Shown: positions 26,175 through 36,950, numbered from the stretch's first letter. The stretch: DNA of 64,000 nucleotides from an uncultured virus (IMG/VR IMGVR_UViG_3300032293_002036) (IMGVR_UViG_3300032293_002036), one strand, 5' to 3'. The notes: generated by a model not told the origin, from the letters alone. Program-made: numbers and translations.

Positions 26175-27925
26175 TAGTTTTGTCCTGCTTTCATGAACAA
26201 CACGAAGTCGCTTGTTTCAAAAGGAATGGCAAACTCAGGAGACGCCAATGTGCCAGAAGGCATTGGCTCCGTGATACGCCAGTTGGCTTGTGGCTGCAGC
26301 TCCCTCAAGAGAATGCTAACAGTGGCTGTAGAGCCGCTAAAAGGAGAAGTGGCGATGGAAAGGGCTGGTGTGCTGTTGATGCGCGTGGAGACGCCGCTGA
26401 GCGTGAGCCCAGAAGAGAAGAGGTAGTTGCCACTGGTGGTGGGCGAAGCCTTGAGCATCGCTGCACCTTGAAAGACTGTGCCTGATGCAGTTTGCTGGGC
26501 GGCAGTTGTCAAGCGAGGCTGAGCAGGGGAGCTGAGTCCCTTGATGAAAACAAAATCTCGCGTGGAGGCTCTGCTGACGCCGTTGAGAGCAAAAATATCT
26601 TTGCCTTTTACGGTGAAGGTGTATGAATAGACTGTTGGCAGTGTAAAGTTGGACGCTGAAGTTATAAATTGAAGAGCTGTGTTTCCTAAGCGAAGCGGCC
26701 AGTAAACAAGACGAGCTATCGTGCCGGTAGATTTGTTAGGAGTAGAAAGCAGGTTGTAAGCATCCCCGATTCGTAGCGTGTTTGACGTTGCCACGGCGGG
26801 AGTAGTGGAAGCAGTAAGAACGCTTCCATTGATGCCAAAGCCTAAATCATTGAGGCGATAGGCTCCTGCTGCTCTGTTGCGAAGTCCTAGCCATCCGGGA
26901 ATCGTCGCGATCAAACCAGTCCCCCATGCTCCATATCCAATACTGGTATTTGAGTTGTTTCGATACACTGCTTGCTGTCCGCTCGCAGTTCCTACACCGT
27001 AAGAAAATGGATTGGCAAATTGCTGATTTCCAGTCGCCAAAAAATCGCAAAGCGTGGTCCCTTCGTCCTGTCTAAACCAGCTTTCAAAATTAGCCCCCGA
27101 GATACTTGCTAAATCAGCGGCGCGAGTGACTGTAGATGCGTCGGTGGGAATGTAGGAGGTAGAGAAGGCGCCAGACTCCATTTGAACGCCCCAAGCTAAG
27201 AACCGCCTACCGTTAGTCGCGCCGGTCTGATTATCCCTGAAAACGATGCGCCTACCTGAGGTCGATGCTGGAGTGGTCGCAGTAATTGTGTACCTTGTCC
27301 ACGAAGAAGTTAGGGCAATGTTAAAAAAATTGACAAACGCTCCACTGTCGTTTGTCCAAGAGATGCCTATTGAAAAATTGCCGCCTCCATCGGAGACTCT
27401 CGCCCAAAAAGACATCGCACAAGCGGTAGAAGCTGGATAGCTAACTTGCTTGCCCCAGAAGCTGTTAACAGCACCGAGCGTTAATTCGCTTACTGCAGTA
27501 GTTCCGTCGGGGGCTGCGGCGGACGTGTTACTAGAGGTCATTACCCCAGTGGATATATTGCTCCAGCCCGTCAATGAGGTTATGTCAGTTGAATAGCTGA
27601 CAAAATTTGTCCTAGCCTCCTCTATTAACAGTCCTAAACTTTCGCCCGTTACCGGGTTGTGGTCAAAGCGAGGTACGCCACTTGCAGCCGTCTGAACAAG
27701 GCCATTGCTGCCAACGAAAGTACCAGAGGAAGCCCTGGAAAAAGTAATCAAATTGTTGCCACTTATGTCGTCAATTAAAGTCTTATTTTTTGCAAAATTT
27801 AGATCAAGAGAAGGTGCAGGGATTGGAATCTCTACAGAAATATTGCTGCCGAGATTGTCCCAAGCTCTCTCTTTATTTTCTACATCAAGCAGATTCTTGG
27901 CTGCGACAAGTCCTGGCAGTGTCAT
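26174..27925 (-). CDS. tail/head fibre protein with lectin-like domains
   Basis: 'PSLDLNFA', 'TFSRAS', 'PRFDHNPVTGESLGLLIEEARTN', 'TSYIPT...VTRAAD'. Confidence 0.75.
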   Translation of the reverse strand: MTLPGLVAAKNLLDVENKERAWDNLGSNISVEIPIPAPSLDLNFAKNKTLIDDISGNNLITFSRASSGTFVGSNGLVQTAASGVPRFDHNPVTGESLGLLIEEARTNFVSYSTDITSLTGWSNISTGVMTSSNTSAAAPDGTTAVSELTLGAVNSFWGKQVSYPASTACAMSFWARVSDGGGNFSIGISWTNDSGAFVNFFNIALTSSWTRYTITATTPASTSGRRIVFRDNQTGATNGRRFLAWGVQMESGAFSTSYIPTDASTVTRAADLASISGANFESWFRQDEGTTLCDFLATGNQQFANPFSYGVGTASGQQAVYRNNSNTSIGYGAWGTGLIATIPGWLGLRNRAAGAYRLNDLGFGINGSVLTASTTPAVATSNTLRIGDAYNLLSTPNKSTGTIARLVYWPLRLGNTALQFITSASNFTLPTVYSYTFTVKGKDIFALNGVSRASTRDFVFIKGLSSPAQPRLTTAAQQTASGTVFQGAAMLKASPTTSGNYLFSSGLTLSGVSTRINSTPALSIATSPFSGSTATVSILLRELQPQANWRITEPMPSGTLASPEFAIPFETSDFVLFMKAGQN

Positions 27926-30270
27926 TACTGTTCCTCCCAATTAAGCATGGCGCTTGCAATACCACTTCCAACCCTTGCAGTGGCCACTACAAACAATGCC
28001 CCGGTGTTGAACGTCGTTCCAGGCGCTCCCGTTATGAACATCTTATCAGGGCCAAACACATGGCTGAGGTCAAATTGCTTTGTCTCACCACTGCCGATGA
28101 ATACAGTTGCCACGCGATTGGTCGTTGGCATTGCCTTCAATCCCTGTTTGTCAACCAGCACTGCAGACAATGGGTCGGAAGCATTCTCAAACTTGTGCGC
28201 CACGTAGTCAGTTCCGCCTGCTGCGGCTGTCTGCGTAACACCGCTGACGACGAAAGTCGGAATGGCTCTTGTTGCTCCGCTTCCAACGGTGTCAAAATTG
28301 CTTCCTTCAAAGACGGTGAGATCGGCGATGGTCGCTCCATCCATCAACTCAGCGACCACAGCGATGGGCCAGGGAGAGCCGGAGACTGTCACGGAACTGC
28401 CACCAGCAGAAACCGTGGAAGTCAGGCCAGTGGCAACAGTGAAGCCTGTGCTTTCATTGCAGCCAAAAGCACTCGGCACTCGTATTTCCCCAACCACTGC
28501 GCCGTTCCTATTGAAGGACAGAGCAGAATAAGAGCTTGCAAACCACGCAACGGGCTTGCTTGAGTCGTACACGCCACTTGCCTGAGGCCACAAGCCAATG
28601 CGCCAGTAGCCTGCCGTATCGCGCCTCAAGACGTTTCCAGAAGTGACGCCGCTTGTGATGGTGGCATCCCCCACTGCGTAGGCATTCATCCTGGACAACC
28701 GCACAGAAGTCAGGCCGTCAGGCACTGGGCGATCAGTCGTAATTTGAGTGAGGCCGGAATTGACGGCAGTGATGTGAGTGCTGAAAACGCCTGTGCCAGT
28801 GAGTCGCACTCTCCGTCCAGAAAGGTATGTTGTGGGCCCCGTCAGTTCTTGGGAGATGTCAGGGAATGTTCCGCTGGCAATCGTGAGCTGGTTAGTGCCA
28901 GTTTTCGTCACGGCAACTGCAGTGCTAAGCCCCCTGGAAAGGCTTGTGCCCTCTCCGTAGCCATACTGCACCCCAGCACAACTGTTGTCCCTCAGGACGA
29001 GGTCGAAGCGCGTGGGAGTGGAAGCAAAGGCCGACAGGCTCACTGGATACACCGCCTTCTGATTGTCCACGCCATTGATCAGCGCCTTTGCATTGATGCC
29101 CAGGAGGCTTCTGGGAGTGCTGTTGACCGGCTTGCTGCTCTCCATTGCAGCAGTGCCAAGCGTGACGGTGCCCTTGTCCCCTCCGTCGATATAGACGCTG
29201 CTTCCGTAAAGATTGATGAATGCTGCTTGCGTGGTGCCAGCAGTCGTTTGCACGCTGGTGAACAGACGCAAATATGCACTGCGAAGGCTCGGGGTTTCAA
29301 AGCGGTTCTCGGCAGAGATGTAATGCAGCACCACCCATCGAGCCTCTCCGCTTCCATCTGGCACATAGGCCAAGAACCGAGCACCAACTGCTCCATACCA
29401 GCTAAATTCAATCTTGAACATTGTCACCTTCGACAAGTCCAAGCCCCAGCCAGTGGCGCCTTCGCCCACTTGCAACTTGTCTCCGTTCCAATCCTCCCTA
29501 GGTACTACCAAGGTGCCAAGATCAGGAGAAGTGCGAACAACCGACAGATTAGTTCCTCTTTCTAGCTGGAAGAAGTAGCCGTCTCCGTAGGCATTTCGGC
29601 ACCCCCATTGAATGACTTCTCCCTCGTAATCACTCTCGGTGGACATTCTCACGCCCAGAGTGAAGCCTGTCACTCGCCCCGGCTGGTAACGGAAGGCTCG
29701 CTTGCTTTCCCAGAAAGCCGTCATTGAGCCGTCTGTGGCGCCGCCAGGAAATCGGCCACTGTTGTCATCAAAAGGATAGACAAAACTTTGCGGCTTCGGA
29801 AAAGCGTAGGCCTGAATGGCGCTCTCACTTGGAAGATGGCGCCAGTAATAGCCATAGTCGCCTTCAAACGTGTAGTCAGAAGGATCCCTGTAATAGGCAT
29901 AGTTGGCGACAACTGGTCCAGAGGCCCATTCCTTACTGTTCACTCCATAAACGTTGACAGTGTCAAACAGAACCAGGGCCGTCTCTGAGCGCTCAATGCC
30001 AAGCAGGCTCACGTCCACTTCGCTCTGCCTGCGATTGGTCACATTCACCAGCAGAGGCCTGTCGTCCCCATTGCAAACAACCAATGGGATGGTGCCTTCG
30101 CCTGCGCTAAGTGCTTGCACTTCAAAGGTGTCGCCAGTGAGGGGTTCCTGAGTGCTTTGATCAACCAAGAGCACGCCAGTGGAAAAATCCAGAAGCTCGC
30201 TCTCAGTCAGCACTTCTCCTACTGGCTGCACATCCTCGGCAATCTGATACCTGCTTTCCAGGTCATCCAT
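27925..30270 (-). CDS. virion structural protein (paralogue A)
   Basis: 'SKRAFRYQPGRVTGFTLGVR', 'DLSKVTMFKIEFSWYGAVG'. Confidence 0.75.
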   Translation of the reverse strand: MDDLESRYQIAEDVQPVGEVLTESELLDFSTGVLLVDQSTQEPLTGDTFEVQALSAGEGTIPLVVCNGDDRPLLVNVTNRRQSEVDVSLLGIERSETALVLFDTVNVYGVNSKEWASGPVVANYAYYRDPSDYTFEGDYGYYWRHLPSESAIQAYAFPKPQSFVYPFDDNSGRFPGGATDGSMTAFWESKRAFRYQPGRVTGFTLGVRMSTESDYEGEVIQWGCRNAYGDGYFFQLERGTNLSVVRTSPDLGTLVVPREDWNGDKLQVGEGATGWGLDLSKVTMFKIEFSWYGAVGARFLAYVPDGSGEARWVVLHYISAENRFETPSLRSAYLRLFTSVQTTAGTTQAAFINLYGSSVYIDGGDKGTVTLGTAAMESSKPVNSTPRSLLGINAKALINGVDNQKAVYPVSLSAFASTPTRFDLVLRDNSCAGVQYGYGEGTSLSRGLSTAVAVTKTGTNQLTIASGTFPDISQELTGPTTYLSGRRVRLTGTGVFSTHITAVNSGLTQITTDRPVPDGLTSVRLSRMNAYAVGDATITSGVTSGNVLRRDTAGYWRIGLWPQASGVYDSSKPVAWFASSYSALSFNRNGAVVGEIRVPSAFGCNESTGFTVATGLTSTVSAGGSSVTVSGSPWPIAVVAELMDGATIADLTVFEGSNFDTVGSGATRAIPTFVVSGVTQTAAAGGTDYVAHKFENASDPLSAVLVDKQGLKAMPTTNRVATVFIGSGETKQFDLSHVFGPDKMFITGAPGTTFNTGALFVVATARVGSGIASAMLNWEEQ

Positions 30271-30287
30271 GGATTATGCTCTCACCA

Positions 30288-32030
30288 TCACACTTGCTCT
30301 TCCCATGTTAGTGCCGCGCTTACGTTGGCAGTACCAGAAGAAGATTGTGCAAACACATAGAGAGTGTCGCCAGCCACGGCAGTCAATGGGTATGACAGGT
30401 AGTCCTTGTTGTAGCCAAAGTATGGAGCAAGATCGAGGTCAACGCCGCCAGCGCCAACAAAGAAAGTGGCGACAGTTGTGCCTCCGCTGATCGTGCTCAC
30501 GCCTGAGCTAGTCGTGAATTCAATGGGGCTAAGGGTGTCAACAGAGGTGAAGGTGGGCGTACCAGAAACGACGGTGGGATTCTTCACCAAGCGAACAACG
30601 GTCCTTGCATCAGTTCCCAGTCCTAGGCGCGTGGGATACACCTGCATGCGGTTGCGGATGGAATTGATGGTGTTCTTGGTGCGAAGGCCCATCAGCATGG
30701 TTCCGCTCACCGTCACCGCTCGATCAGCAGTATTGCTCTGTGAACGTGCAACAATAGTGCCTTTGTCTCCGCCGTCAATGTAATACGACGCACCATACTT
30801 GTAGATGGAATTTTCATTGCCGCTCGTGCCTTTTTGGACGAGGTAGGACAATGGGAGAGTGGGGTTGGCGAGGCTCGGGCTCGTGAGCTGATTGGAGGCC
30901 CGAATGTGATGCATCCTCACCCATCGAGCTTCTCCAGGGGTGGTGGCGTCAGGCACATAGGCGAGGAAGTGGCCGCCGACTGCACCGTACCAGCTATATT
31001 CCATTTTGAACATCGTCACTTTCGAGAGGTCGATGTCCCAAACGCTGCGACGAGTAAGGATATTGTCCTCATCGTCGGTGACAACAGTGCTGTTTCCGTA
31101 GGTGACAGTGGGAGAGCCTGCAGTACCGGCAATGCTCACAGTGAAGCTGGAGCGCCCTGGAGTGCGATCAGAGTAGTATTGAGTGCGCTCTTCCCCATCG
31201 AGACGATCGTGGCTGAAGAACTTCCGAGGCACCCTGTATTCATAGGTGTAGCGATATTCGTTCGGAACAGTGAAGAAGCTCGCTGCAACAGTCGCGAGCC
31301 CGTCAGAAGAAGCGTTGCTGCCGATGTTGTTGCCAGCGCCCCTAAGGCTCAAGTCGAACAGGCCCGCATGAACGTAGGTGAGCCCTGCTCGCACAATCAC
31401 CAGATCAGTGCCTGCAGTGCCCCTGTCGCCGTCTGCAAGGTTGGCCGTACGGATGCCAGGCTCGTTGCTTTCAAAGGCACTGGTGCGGCGCACGCAGTAG
31501 AGGTTGAACTCTTTGTCGCCGATTGCAGTTTGACCACCTCCCTGCACTTCGATGTAGTAACCGTCACGCTTGTCAAAGGCGCCAAACTTCTTAATGTCAG
31601 TGCGGTCGGTGCTGGTGTTCACCCGCACGCCAAAGGTGCCGGCACTCACGCGCCCCGGCTGATAGCGGAAGAAGCGCTTGCTGCTCAGGATTTCATAGGA
31701 GTTGGTCAGAGCTGTGCCAACAGTTACCTTGGCAGCACTCTCGGTCGGAATGTGTGTAAGGGTGCCAGCGCCTTCTGCTTGCCACTCATTGGGGTTGATG
31801 TCATAAGTGGTAACGTCAGCAAAAATGCCAAGGGCAACTTCAGCACGAGGAATGCCAAGAAGGCTCAGGCTAACCTCACTGATCTGCTGGTTCTGCACTT
31901 CAACGGGCACAGCCTCTTGGTCGCTTGCAATCACCACAGGGAGACTGTCCCTTGCCAGTTGAGGGCCAGGAGGAATCGGGGCAGTCCTTCCTACTGTTAC
32001 GACTGCTACGCCTTCTTTAAGATCAGCCAT
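30288..32030 (-). CDS. virion structural protein (paralogue B)
   Basis: 'SKRFFRYQPGRVSAGTFGVR', 'DLSKVTMFKMEYSWYGAVG'. Confidence 0.75.
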   Translation of the reverse strand: MADLKEGVAVVTVGRTAPIPPGPQLARDSLPVVIASDQEAVPVEVQNQQISEVSLSLLGIPRAEVALGIFADVTTYDINPNEWQAEGAGTLTHIPTESAAKVTVGTALTNSYEILSSKRFFRYQPGRVSAGTFGVRVNTSTDRTDIKKFGAFDKRDGYYIEVQGGGQTAIGDKEFNLYCVRRTSAFESNEPGIRTANLADGDRGTAGTDLVIVRAGLTYVHAGLFDLSLRGAGNNIGSNASSDGLATVAASFFTVPNEYRYTYEYRVPRKFFSHDRLDGEERTQYYSDRTPGRSSFTVSIAGTAGSPTVTYGNSTVVTDDEDNILTRRSVWDIDLSKVTMFKMEYSWYGAVGGHFLAYVPDATTPGEARWVRMHHIRASNQLTSPSLANPTLPLSYLVQKGTSGNENSIYKYGASYYIDGGDKGTIVARSQSNTADRAVTVSGTMLMGLRTKNTINSIRNRMQVYPTRLGLGTDARTVVRLVKNPTVVSGTPTFTSVDTLSPIEFTTSSGVSTISGGTTVATFFVGAGGVDLDLAPYFGYNKDYLSYPLTAVAGDTLYVFAQSSSGTANVSAALTWEEQV

Positions 32031-32036
32031 GGTGCC

Positions 32037-32738
32037 CTAAGGGAAACAATTGGAGAGAGTTTGGCCGACGAAGACATTGCCCGCCACCACTGTATCTTGC
32101 TTCAGTCTATAAACGCTGCCACCGATAGCGGCGTCAGTAACCCCGGAAAGCGATGGGACAGTGAATGAATAGGGTGCCTGGTAGGAAATGTTGGTCATTC
32201 CGCTGTAAATGCGTGCCCCTGTTTCGTTGTAATTGATACTTGCTTGTGCAGTATTGAGAAAAATTGCCCGCTCTGAAGACGCAAGCTCATGATTCTCTTG
32301 CGAAACAAAAACCCCAGAAGCAACAGAAACCAGATCCGCCAGATATTCTTGCTCCTCTACGCGCACATCCCAGACCAATGGGGAGGAAGTGGGGGCGAGA
32401 ATGCTTGTTGCATAAGCAGAAGGGAAAAACACCGCATCAACTGTTGGCGCTGAAGCCTCGTATGCATCCCAGATTGCCGAGGTTTGAGCGCTGGTCAGCC
32501 AAAAGCGAACTCGCCCTGCGTCCAAGGGCTCTTGCTTTTCCACATTCAGCGACAACACCTGAGAGAAAGACCCGTCTGTATTGCGCTTCCAAATAGAGGC
32601 GCATACCTGCACAGTGTTCAAATCAAGGGCTTCGCCATTGCTATCTTGCAACAGCAAGCTGAAACCATCGAAAAAATCCCTGCGCAAGATGTGCAGATTG
32701 ATTTGAGCAGTGCTTGAAGTGGAAAGAAAAGTGCTCAT
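32037..32738 (-). CDS. tail-associated protein
   Basis: ORF in the virion operon, coupled to neighbours. Confidence 0.65.
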   Translation of the reverse strand: MSTFLSTSSTAQINLHILRRDFFDGFSLLLQDSNGEALDLNTVQVCASIWKRNTDGSFSQVLSLNVEKQEPLDAGRVRFWLTSAQTSAIWDAYEASAPTVDAVFFPSAYATSILAPTSSPLVWDVRVEEQEYLADLVSVASGVFVSQENHELASSERAIFLNTAQASINYNETGARIYSGMTNISYQAPYSFTVPSLSGVTDAAIGGSVYRLKQDTVVAGNVFVGQTLSNCFP

Positions 32739-33145
32739 GCCACAACTTCTCGGTAGGACAGCGTCACCGTGTAAATAGTGGAGCCGCTTACCACGGCATT
32801 GATCTTCTCGCTGGTCACGCTTTCAAACAAGCCCAAGCTGTTCGATTGTGTCAAGTTGCCGTTCGCTCCAATGTGCATCGGAGGGGTGAGGTTGGACGAT
32901 CCGCCACTCTGCAACTGAACAGTGCAGCCAGAAAGCGAAGTGACGGTCATTGCCATGACGCGAAGCTTGGAGCCGCTCACTGCGGCAATCACATCAGCAT
33001 TTCCGCTGTTCGTGACAAAGGCGCTTTTGAGACTGTTAGTGAATGCGTCATTGTGAACCAAATACGGATCAGAGTCGCCGCCTGCTCCCGTTGCCTTCAC
33101 ATAGGCAGCGTTGCCAACTGCGTCAAGTCCGTAAAGATTGGCCAT
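32735..33145 (-). CDS. small virion protein
   Basis: Ser-Gly-rich beta protein. Confidence 0.65.
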   Translation of the reverse strand: MANLYGLDAVGNAAYVKATGAGGDSDPYLVHNDAFTNSLKSAFVTNSGNADVIAAVSGSKLRVMAMTVTSLSGCTVQLQSGGSSNLTPPMHIGANGNLTQSNSLGLFESVTSEKINAVVSGSTIYTVTLSYREVVA

Positions 33146-33146
33146 G

Positions 33147-33542
33147 TCAGAGCACTAAGAAGAGGAAGCGTTGGTTGGGCACCACAGTACCGTTGCTATA
33201 TCTTACAGTCTGGCTGGCTGTAAAATCAAACACGAGCGGACTGCTGAGTTCAGTGACGCTAACGGAAAACGGGCTTCGCTTTCCATTCACTCCAATTGTA
33301 GCGATTCGTAGACGGTATGCCCCACTGTTCACATACACGTCAGAAGGAAACCTGATGTAGTTGACGGAAGTGATTCCAAGACCAATCCACGCCCCATCGC
33401 TGACATTGAGGTATTCCACTTCAAAGCCCGCAATCAGAGGATTGTTCTCCAGTGGCTTCCAGCACACGCCTGGCACGACTGCTCCCAAGATCGAATAGGC
33501 AGAGTATTGAGGAAAGTCCCAAGTGGTTTCGTTGTAAGCCAT
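33147..33542 (-). CDS. FN3-like tail tip protein
   Basis: 'W.P......FEVEY......W', 'YRLRIATIGVNGKRSPFS'; follows gpJ. Confidence 0.65.
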   Translation of the reverse strand: MAYNETTWDFPQYSAYSILGAVVPGVCWKPLENNPLIAGFEVEYLNVSDGAWIGLGITSVNYIRFPSDVYVNSGAYRLRIATIGVNGKRSPFSVSVTELSSPLVFDFTASQTVRYSNGTVVPNQRFLFLVL

Positions 33543-35653
33543 TACTGATTTATCTCCAGAAGGATGCTCGCTCGATTGACACTAGGAACAATTTGCGGGC
33601 CCGCAACAGAAGTGCGAGAAGTTCCCAGCGCGGTTGCTTGATCTACCTCCTCAAACTTCGCTGGATCGTATTCTGTTGCAAAGATGGTCATCTCGCCGTT
33701 GTCTTCATTGATCGCGCCCACTCGATAGGTTTCGTAGCCGTCGCCGTCCTCCTGGAGCACCCACATGCCCCCTGAGACAGGCAGAGAGGACAATGGGGGA
33801 GAGATGGCCAAGCTTGATGCCTCACCCGCCCCATTGATCACTGTGCGCGTCTGCGTGGAACCGTCAGCAAGGATCACCATCAGGGAATAGGCCTTGCCTG
33901 CGAGGATGTCAAAGGGTGCATCAATCGTGACAGCGGAAGCAGTTGCTTCGACAATTCGACCAGAGAATCGCTTTCCTTGCCGAGCCGGATCAGAAATGCC
34001 AATGATGTCACCAGGAAGAACAAAGCAGCCCTGCGTTGCCACCTTGAACGAAACGGTGCCAGTCTCCAGCAGGTTCGTAAGCAGCATCCAGCGACCAACT
34101 CGCTGCGCTTGTCCCTGGCTCGTTGTTCCCAGGGATCGAACTTCTAGCTCCTGAATGCCGTAGCGAGCAATTCCCGCCACGTCTTCAACATATTCAATCT
34201 TTTCTTTGTAATTGTCCGAGGGATCGTTCCAGCTAACAAGCGCAACAGTTTTTCGAGCCTTCCTCGCGGAGCCCTCGTAGACGAAGCAGGGGCCAGTTAC
34301 CGCTCCCGAGTCGTCTACTTCTTGAATGACATTGGCCGGCGAGAAGATTTTGGATACCGCCTTAGGGCGATCCTGAATCGCCACGACAGTACCTTCTGCA
34401 AAGTAGGTAAGTCCTCTGAATGCAGCGGCCAGCGCATTCAACACTTCATAGGCTTCTCCTCTGTCGGTGATGTAGGCGTTAAAAGTCATACGGGGCTCTA
34501 GCCCGCCTTTCCCATCGGGAACAAGTTCATCGCAGTATTGAGCGATGGGGAGCAGGCTGTAGCGATCAACTTGGCTTTCATCAATGAACTCGCCTGCGCC
34601 GAAGCGCTTGTTTGTCAAGAGCGCATAGAACACCCACGCAGGATTGTTTGTCCAGTTGCTCTGAAACGTGCCGTCCCACACGCCTGAATATGTGCGAGTG
34701 AAGGGGTTGTAATTGGATGGAATTTTCATCACAAGCCCATATCCTTCAAGCGCTATTTGAGGAACAGAGGTAAAGTTTTCTGCTCCAATTTTGATACCTA
34801 AAACACTTGTGTTTGGATAACGAAAGGATCTGTCAATGATGCCAACGATGCCCTTGAAGAACAGGTCGTCTGAAATGCTTGTGGTGTTTGGATCTTCAGT
34901 AAGGCGCTCAAGCGTGACCACCCATGGTCCGTTCCCGCTTAGTTTGTATTCGTATTCAAAATCAACAGGCCCTCTTGACTTGCCAGTGATAGCAATGTTT
35001 TCATTGACAAAATCGCTGCCGCCAATAGGCTTGATCTTGATATTGAACGTTACCGTGCGCCCCTTTACATCTCCACTTTCTTTGTCAATGTAAAACAAAG
35101 CGCCGACACCCACGCGAATGCGAATGCGATTGAAGTTGCTTGCAAGCGTAGTTTTAGAAATAGGACCACTCACTCGTGCAAGGCGAAGTCCAACGCTCTG
35201 CTCTGCTCTTACATCATCAAAACCTGGCATTGGGTCTTGATTCTGCGTGCCCACTCGATAGTCAATGACCAGCGAATTGACCTGTCCCGTGATCGTTCCT
35301 CGCTGTAGAGTCGGGAGGCTTTGCGAGATGGCAGGAATCAGATTGCCTTTTCCGTTGGCAGTGGCAGCGCTGCCCGTGAAGAACGTATCAACTCCGTAGT
35401 TGAAGCTTCCGTCAAAGTTTTTGATGGGCGTGCCATCCAGTGTGATCTTGGTGAGCGGATCCACTCCAGGCTCAAAGCCAAAAATCTCGCCTTCTGAAAT
35501 GATCCCTACAAAGCTGGCTTCTGATCGGCTGCGTAACGATTCTGGATCTTCAGTAGGACCGTCGCCACCTTTCTTTCCGCCACCTCCGCCGCCTGACCCG
35601 CTCAGGGCGATCTCCCAGCCACCGCTGCGTTCGTAGAGGATTTCAGTGGTCAC
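33542..35653 (-). CDS. tail tip / host specificity protein J (lambda gpJ-like)
   Basis: 'ISEGEI.G', 'YSGVWDGTF...WTNNPAWVFY', 'IAQYCDELVPDGKGGLEPRMTFNAY'. Confidence 0.92.
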   Translation of the reverse strand: MTTEILYERSGGWEIALSGSGGGGGGKKGGDGPTEDPESLRSRSEASFVGIISEGEIFGFEPGVDPLTKITLDGTPIKNFDGSFNYGVDTFFTGSAATANGKGNLIPAISQSLPTLQRGTITGQVNSLVIDYRVGTQNQDPMPGFDDVRAEQSVGLRLARVSGPISKTTLASNFNRIRIRVGVGALFYIDKESGDVKGRTVTFNIKIKPIGGSDFVNENIAITGKSRGPVDFEYEYKLSGNGPWVVTLERLTEDPNTTSISDDLFFKGIVGIIDRSFRYPNTSVLGIKIGAENFTSVPQIALEGYGLVMKIPSNYNPFTRTYSGVWDGTFQSNWTNNPAWVFYALLTNKRFGAGEFIDESQVDRYSLLPIAQYCDELVPDGKGGLEPRMTFNAYITDRGEAYEVLNALAAAFRGLTYFAEGTVVAIQDRPKAVSKIFSPANVIQEVDDSGAVTGPCFVYEGSARKARKTVALVSWNDPSDNYKEKIEYVEDVAGIARYGIQELEVRSLGTTSQGQAQRVGRWMLLTNLLETGTVSFKVATQGCFVLPGDIIGISDPARQGKRFSGRIVEATASAVTIDAPFDILAGKAYSLMVILADGSTQTRTVINGAGEASSLAISPPLSSLPVSGGMWVLQEDGDGYETYRVGAINEDNGEMTIFATEYDPAKFEEVDQATALGTSRTSVAGPQIVPSVNRASILLEINQ

Positions 35654-36246
35654 ACGGGCACCTGCTGGGTGGTGAGAGCGGATGAAATGATCAATGGGGA
35701 GGCAGCGAGGTACTTGCCAATCAGCAGCGGCACTGGCTGTCCTTGCACTGTCAGATCGGTGGCCCTGTCAAAAAGAAAACTGTCTTTCCTGTCAGTTTCC
35801 TTGACGGCATCAGGAGTGGGAGTGAGAAGTTGTGCCACGCCAGTCAGGGCGAGGCTGGTGCCAATGGAGAACAAGAAGCCACTACCTAAGGCAAACTTAC
35901 CTGCAGCAAAGCCGGCAAACGCTCCTCCGAATGGAACGAAAGCGAGTGCAATCAATGCGACTCCCAACAGAATGCGGCCAACGGCTCCAGATCCTGAGAT
36001 GATGGGTGCAACGATAAGTCGCCGGCAGCCCATGACAACATTCTCGTAGCTCATTCCATCGGCGTCATCGTCTACCAGTCTGAAAGCAATGCCTTTTTCG
36101 TGGGCGTCGCGAAAGTATTCCTTGAAGCCCTCTAGCTGGTTGGACAAAGCAGAGAAAATGTCGCGAGCTGAATGCGCCATGAAACGATGCTTTCGGCCAA
36201 AGCGCCTGCCCAGTTCACCAAGCAGTTTCACCTCTACCATTTGCAT
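35650..36246 (-). CDS. tail assembly protein I
   Basis: 'VKLLGELGRRFG', 'GRILLGVALIA', 'QGQPVPLLIG'. Confidence 0.88.
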   Translation of the reverse strand: MQMVEVKLLGELGRRFGRKHRFMAHSARDIFSALSNQLEGFKEYFRDAHEKGIAFRLVDDDADGMSYENVVMGCRRLIVAPIISGSGAVGRILLGVALIALAFVPFGGAFAGFAAGKFALGSGFLFSIGTSLALTGVAQLLTPTPDAVKETDRKDSFLFDRATDLTVQGQPVPLLIGKYLAASPLIISSALTTQQVPV

Positions 36247-36950
36247 CAGAACAGCTCCTTGTGTCTCATCAGTCGCCTGGTGCGTTGAGCCCAGTAACCG
36301 CCGTAGATATTCTCTTCGGACAGTCTATCCAATAGATGATGATAAAACACGTTTGCCTCTGGACGTGCAAGCACTCCAATGTGATTCACAAAGCTGCACT
36401 GCAATTGCATCAGGATCATGTCGCCTTTCTTTTCGAGCTTGTCAATCTCGACAAAGCCCTGCGCTTCAACGTTCTTCTCGAACATGCGCCACTCTGGGCT
36501 TTCCCACTCAAACTGATCGCCCCTGTCAAAGTCGTTCAGCAAGATGCCAAACTCGTTGCGATAGAAGTCTCGAAACAAGCCGTAGCAGTCGTAGATGCCA
36601 TAGATCCACGGGCGCTGAAGATAAGGGGCATCTCCACAAGGCGACATTTCGTGCCATTGATTGAAGCCGACCGCTAGCGCCACCCATGGTAAGTTGCTTG
36701 CCTTGCACGCTTGGATGTCGTGCGGGCTAAAGCCGCCAACAAGGCCAGGATGCGAATGAAAAACTCCCTCGATTTCGCCGATCTCGGAAGCGCGTGCGTA
36801 ATCGCTTGCGCTGATGGCAAAGTTCAGCGATGGGGAGGAGTGGATGTTGTCGCAAGGAATGTATTTGCCTTCTACAATCAGTCCACACACTTCCTCTTCT
36901 GGGCGACTCAAGGCATGAGCCCTCATCTCTTGCTTTAACGCTTCAAACAT
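36246..36950 (-). CDS. tail assembly protein K (JAB + NlpC/P60)
   Basis: 'EEVCGLI', 'FHSHP', 'DCYGLFRDFY', 'NHIGV', 'HH'. Confidence 0.9.
   Translation of the reverse strand: MFEALKQEMRAHALSRPEEEVCGLIVEGKYIPCDNIHSSPSLNFAISASDYARASEIGEIEGVFHSHPGLVGGFSPHDIQACKASNLPWVALAVGFNQWHEMSPCGDAPYLQRPWIYGIYDCYGLFRDFYRNEFGILLNDFDRGDQFEWESPEWRMFEKNVEAQGFVEIDKLEKKGDMILMQLQCSFVNHIGVLARPEANVFYHHLLDRLSEENIYGGYWAQRTRRLMRHKELF

Noticed and set aside
23219..32030. Diversity-generating retroelement acting on fibres
   Set aside because: No reverse transcriptase and no TR/VR nucleotide repeat pair seen in the window
30834..32168. Long antisense ORFs (also 8070-9017, 9366-10406, 11747-12634, 46815-47717, 47711-48931, 54131-55273, 56900-57805)
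   Set aside because: Shadows of strongly codon-biased genes on the opposite strand; no recognisable motifs
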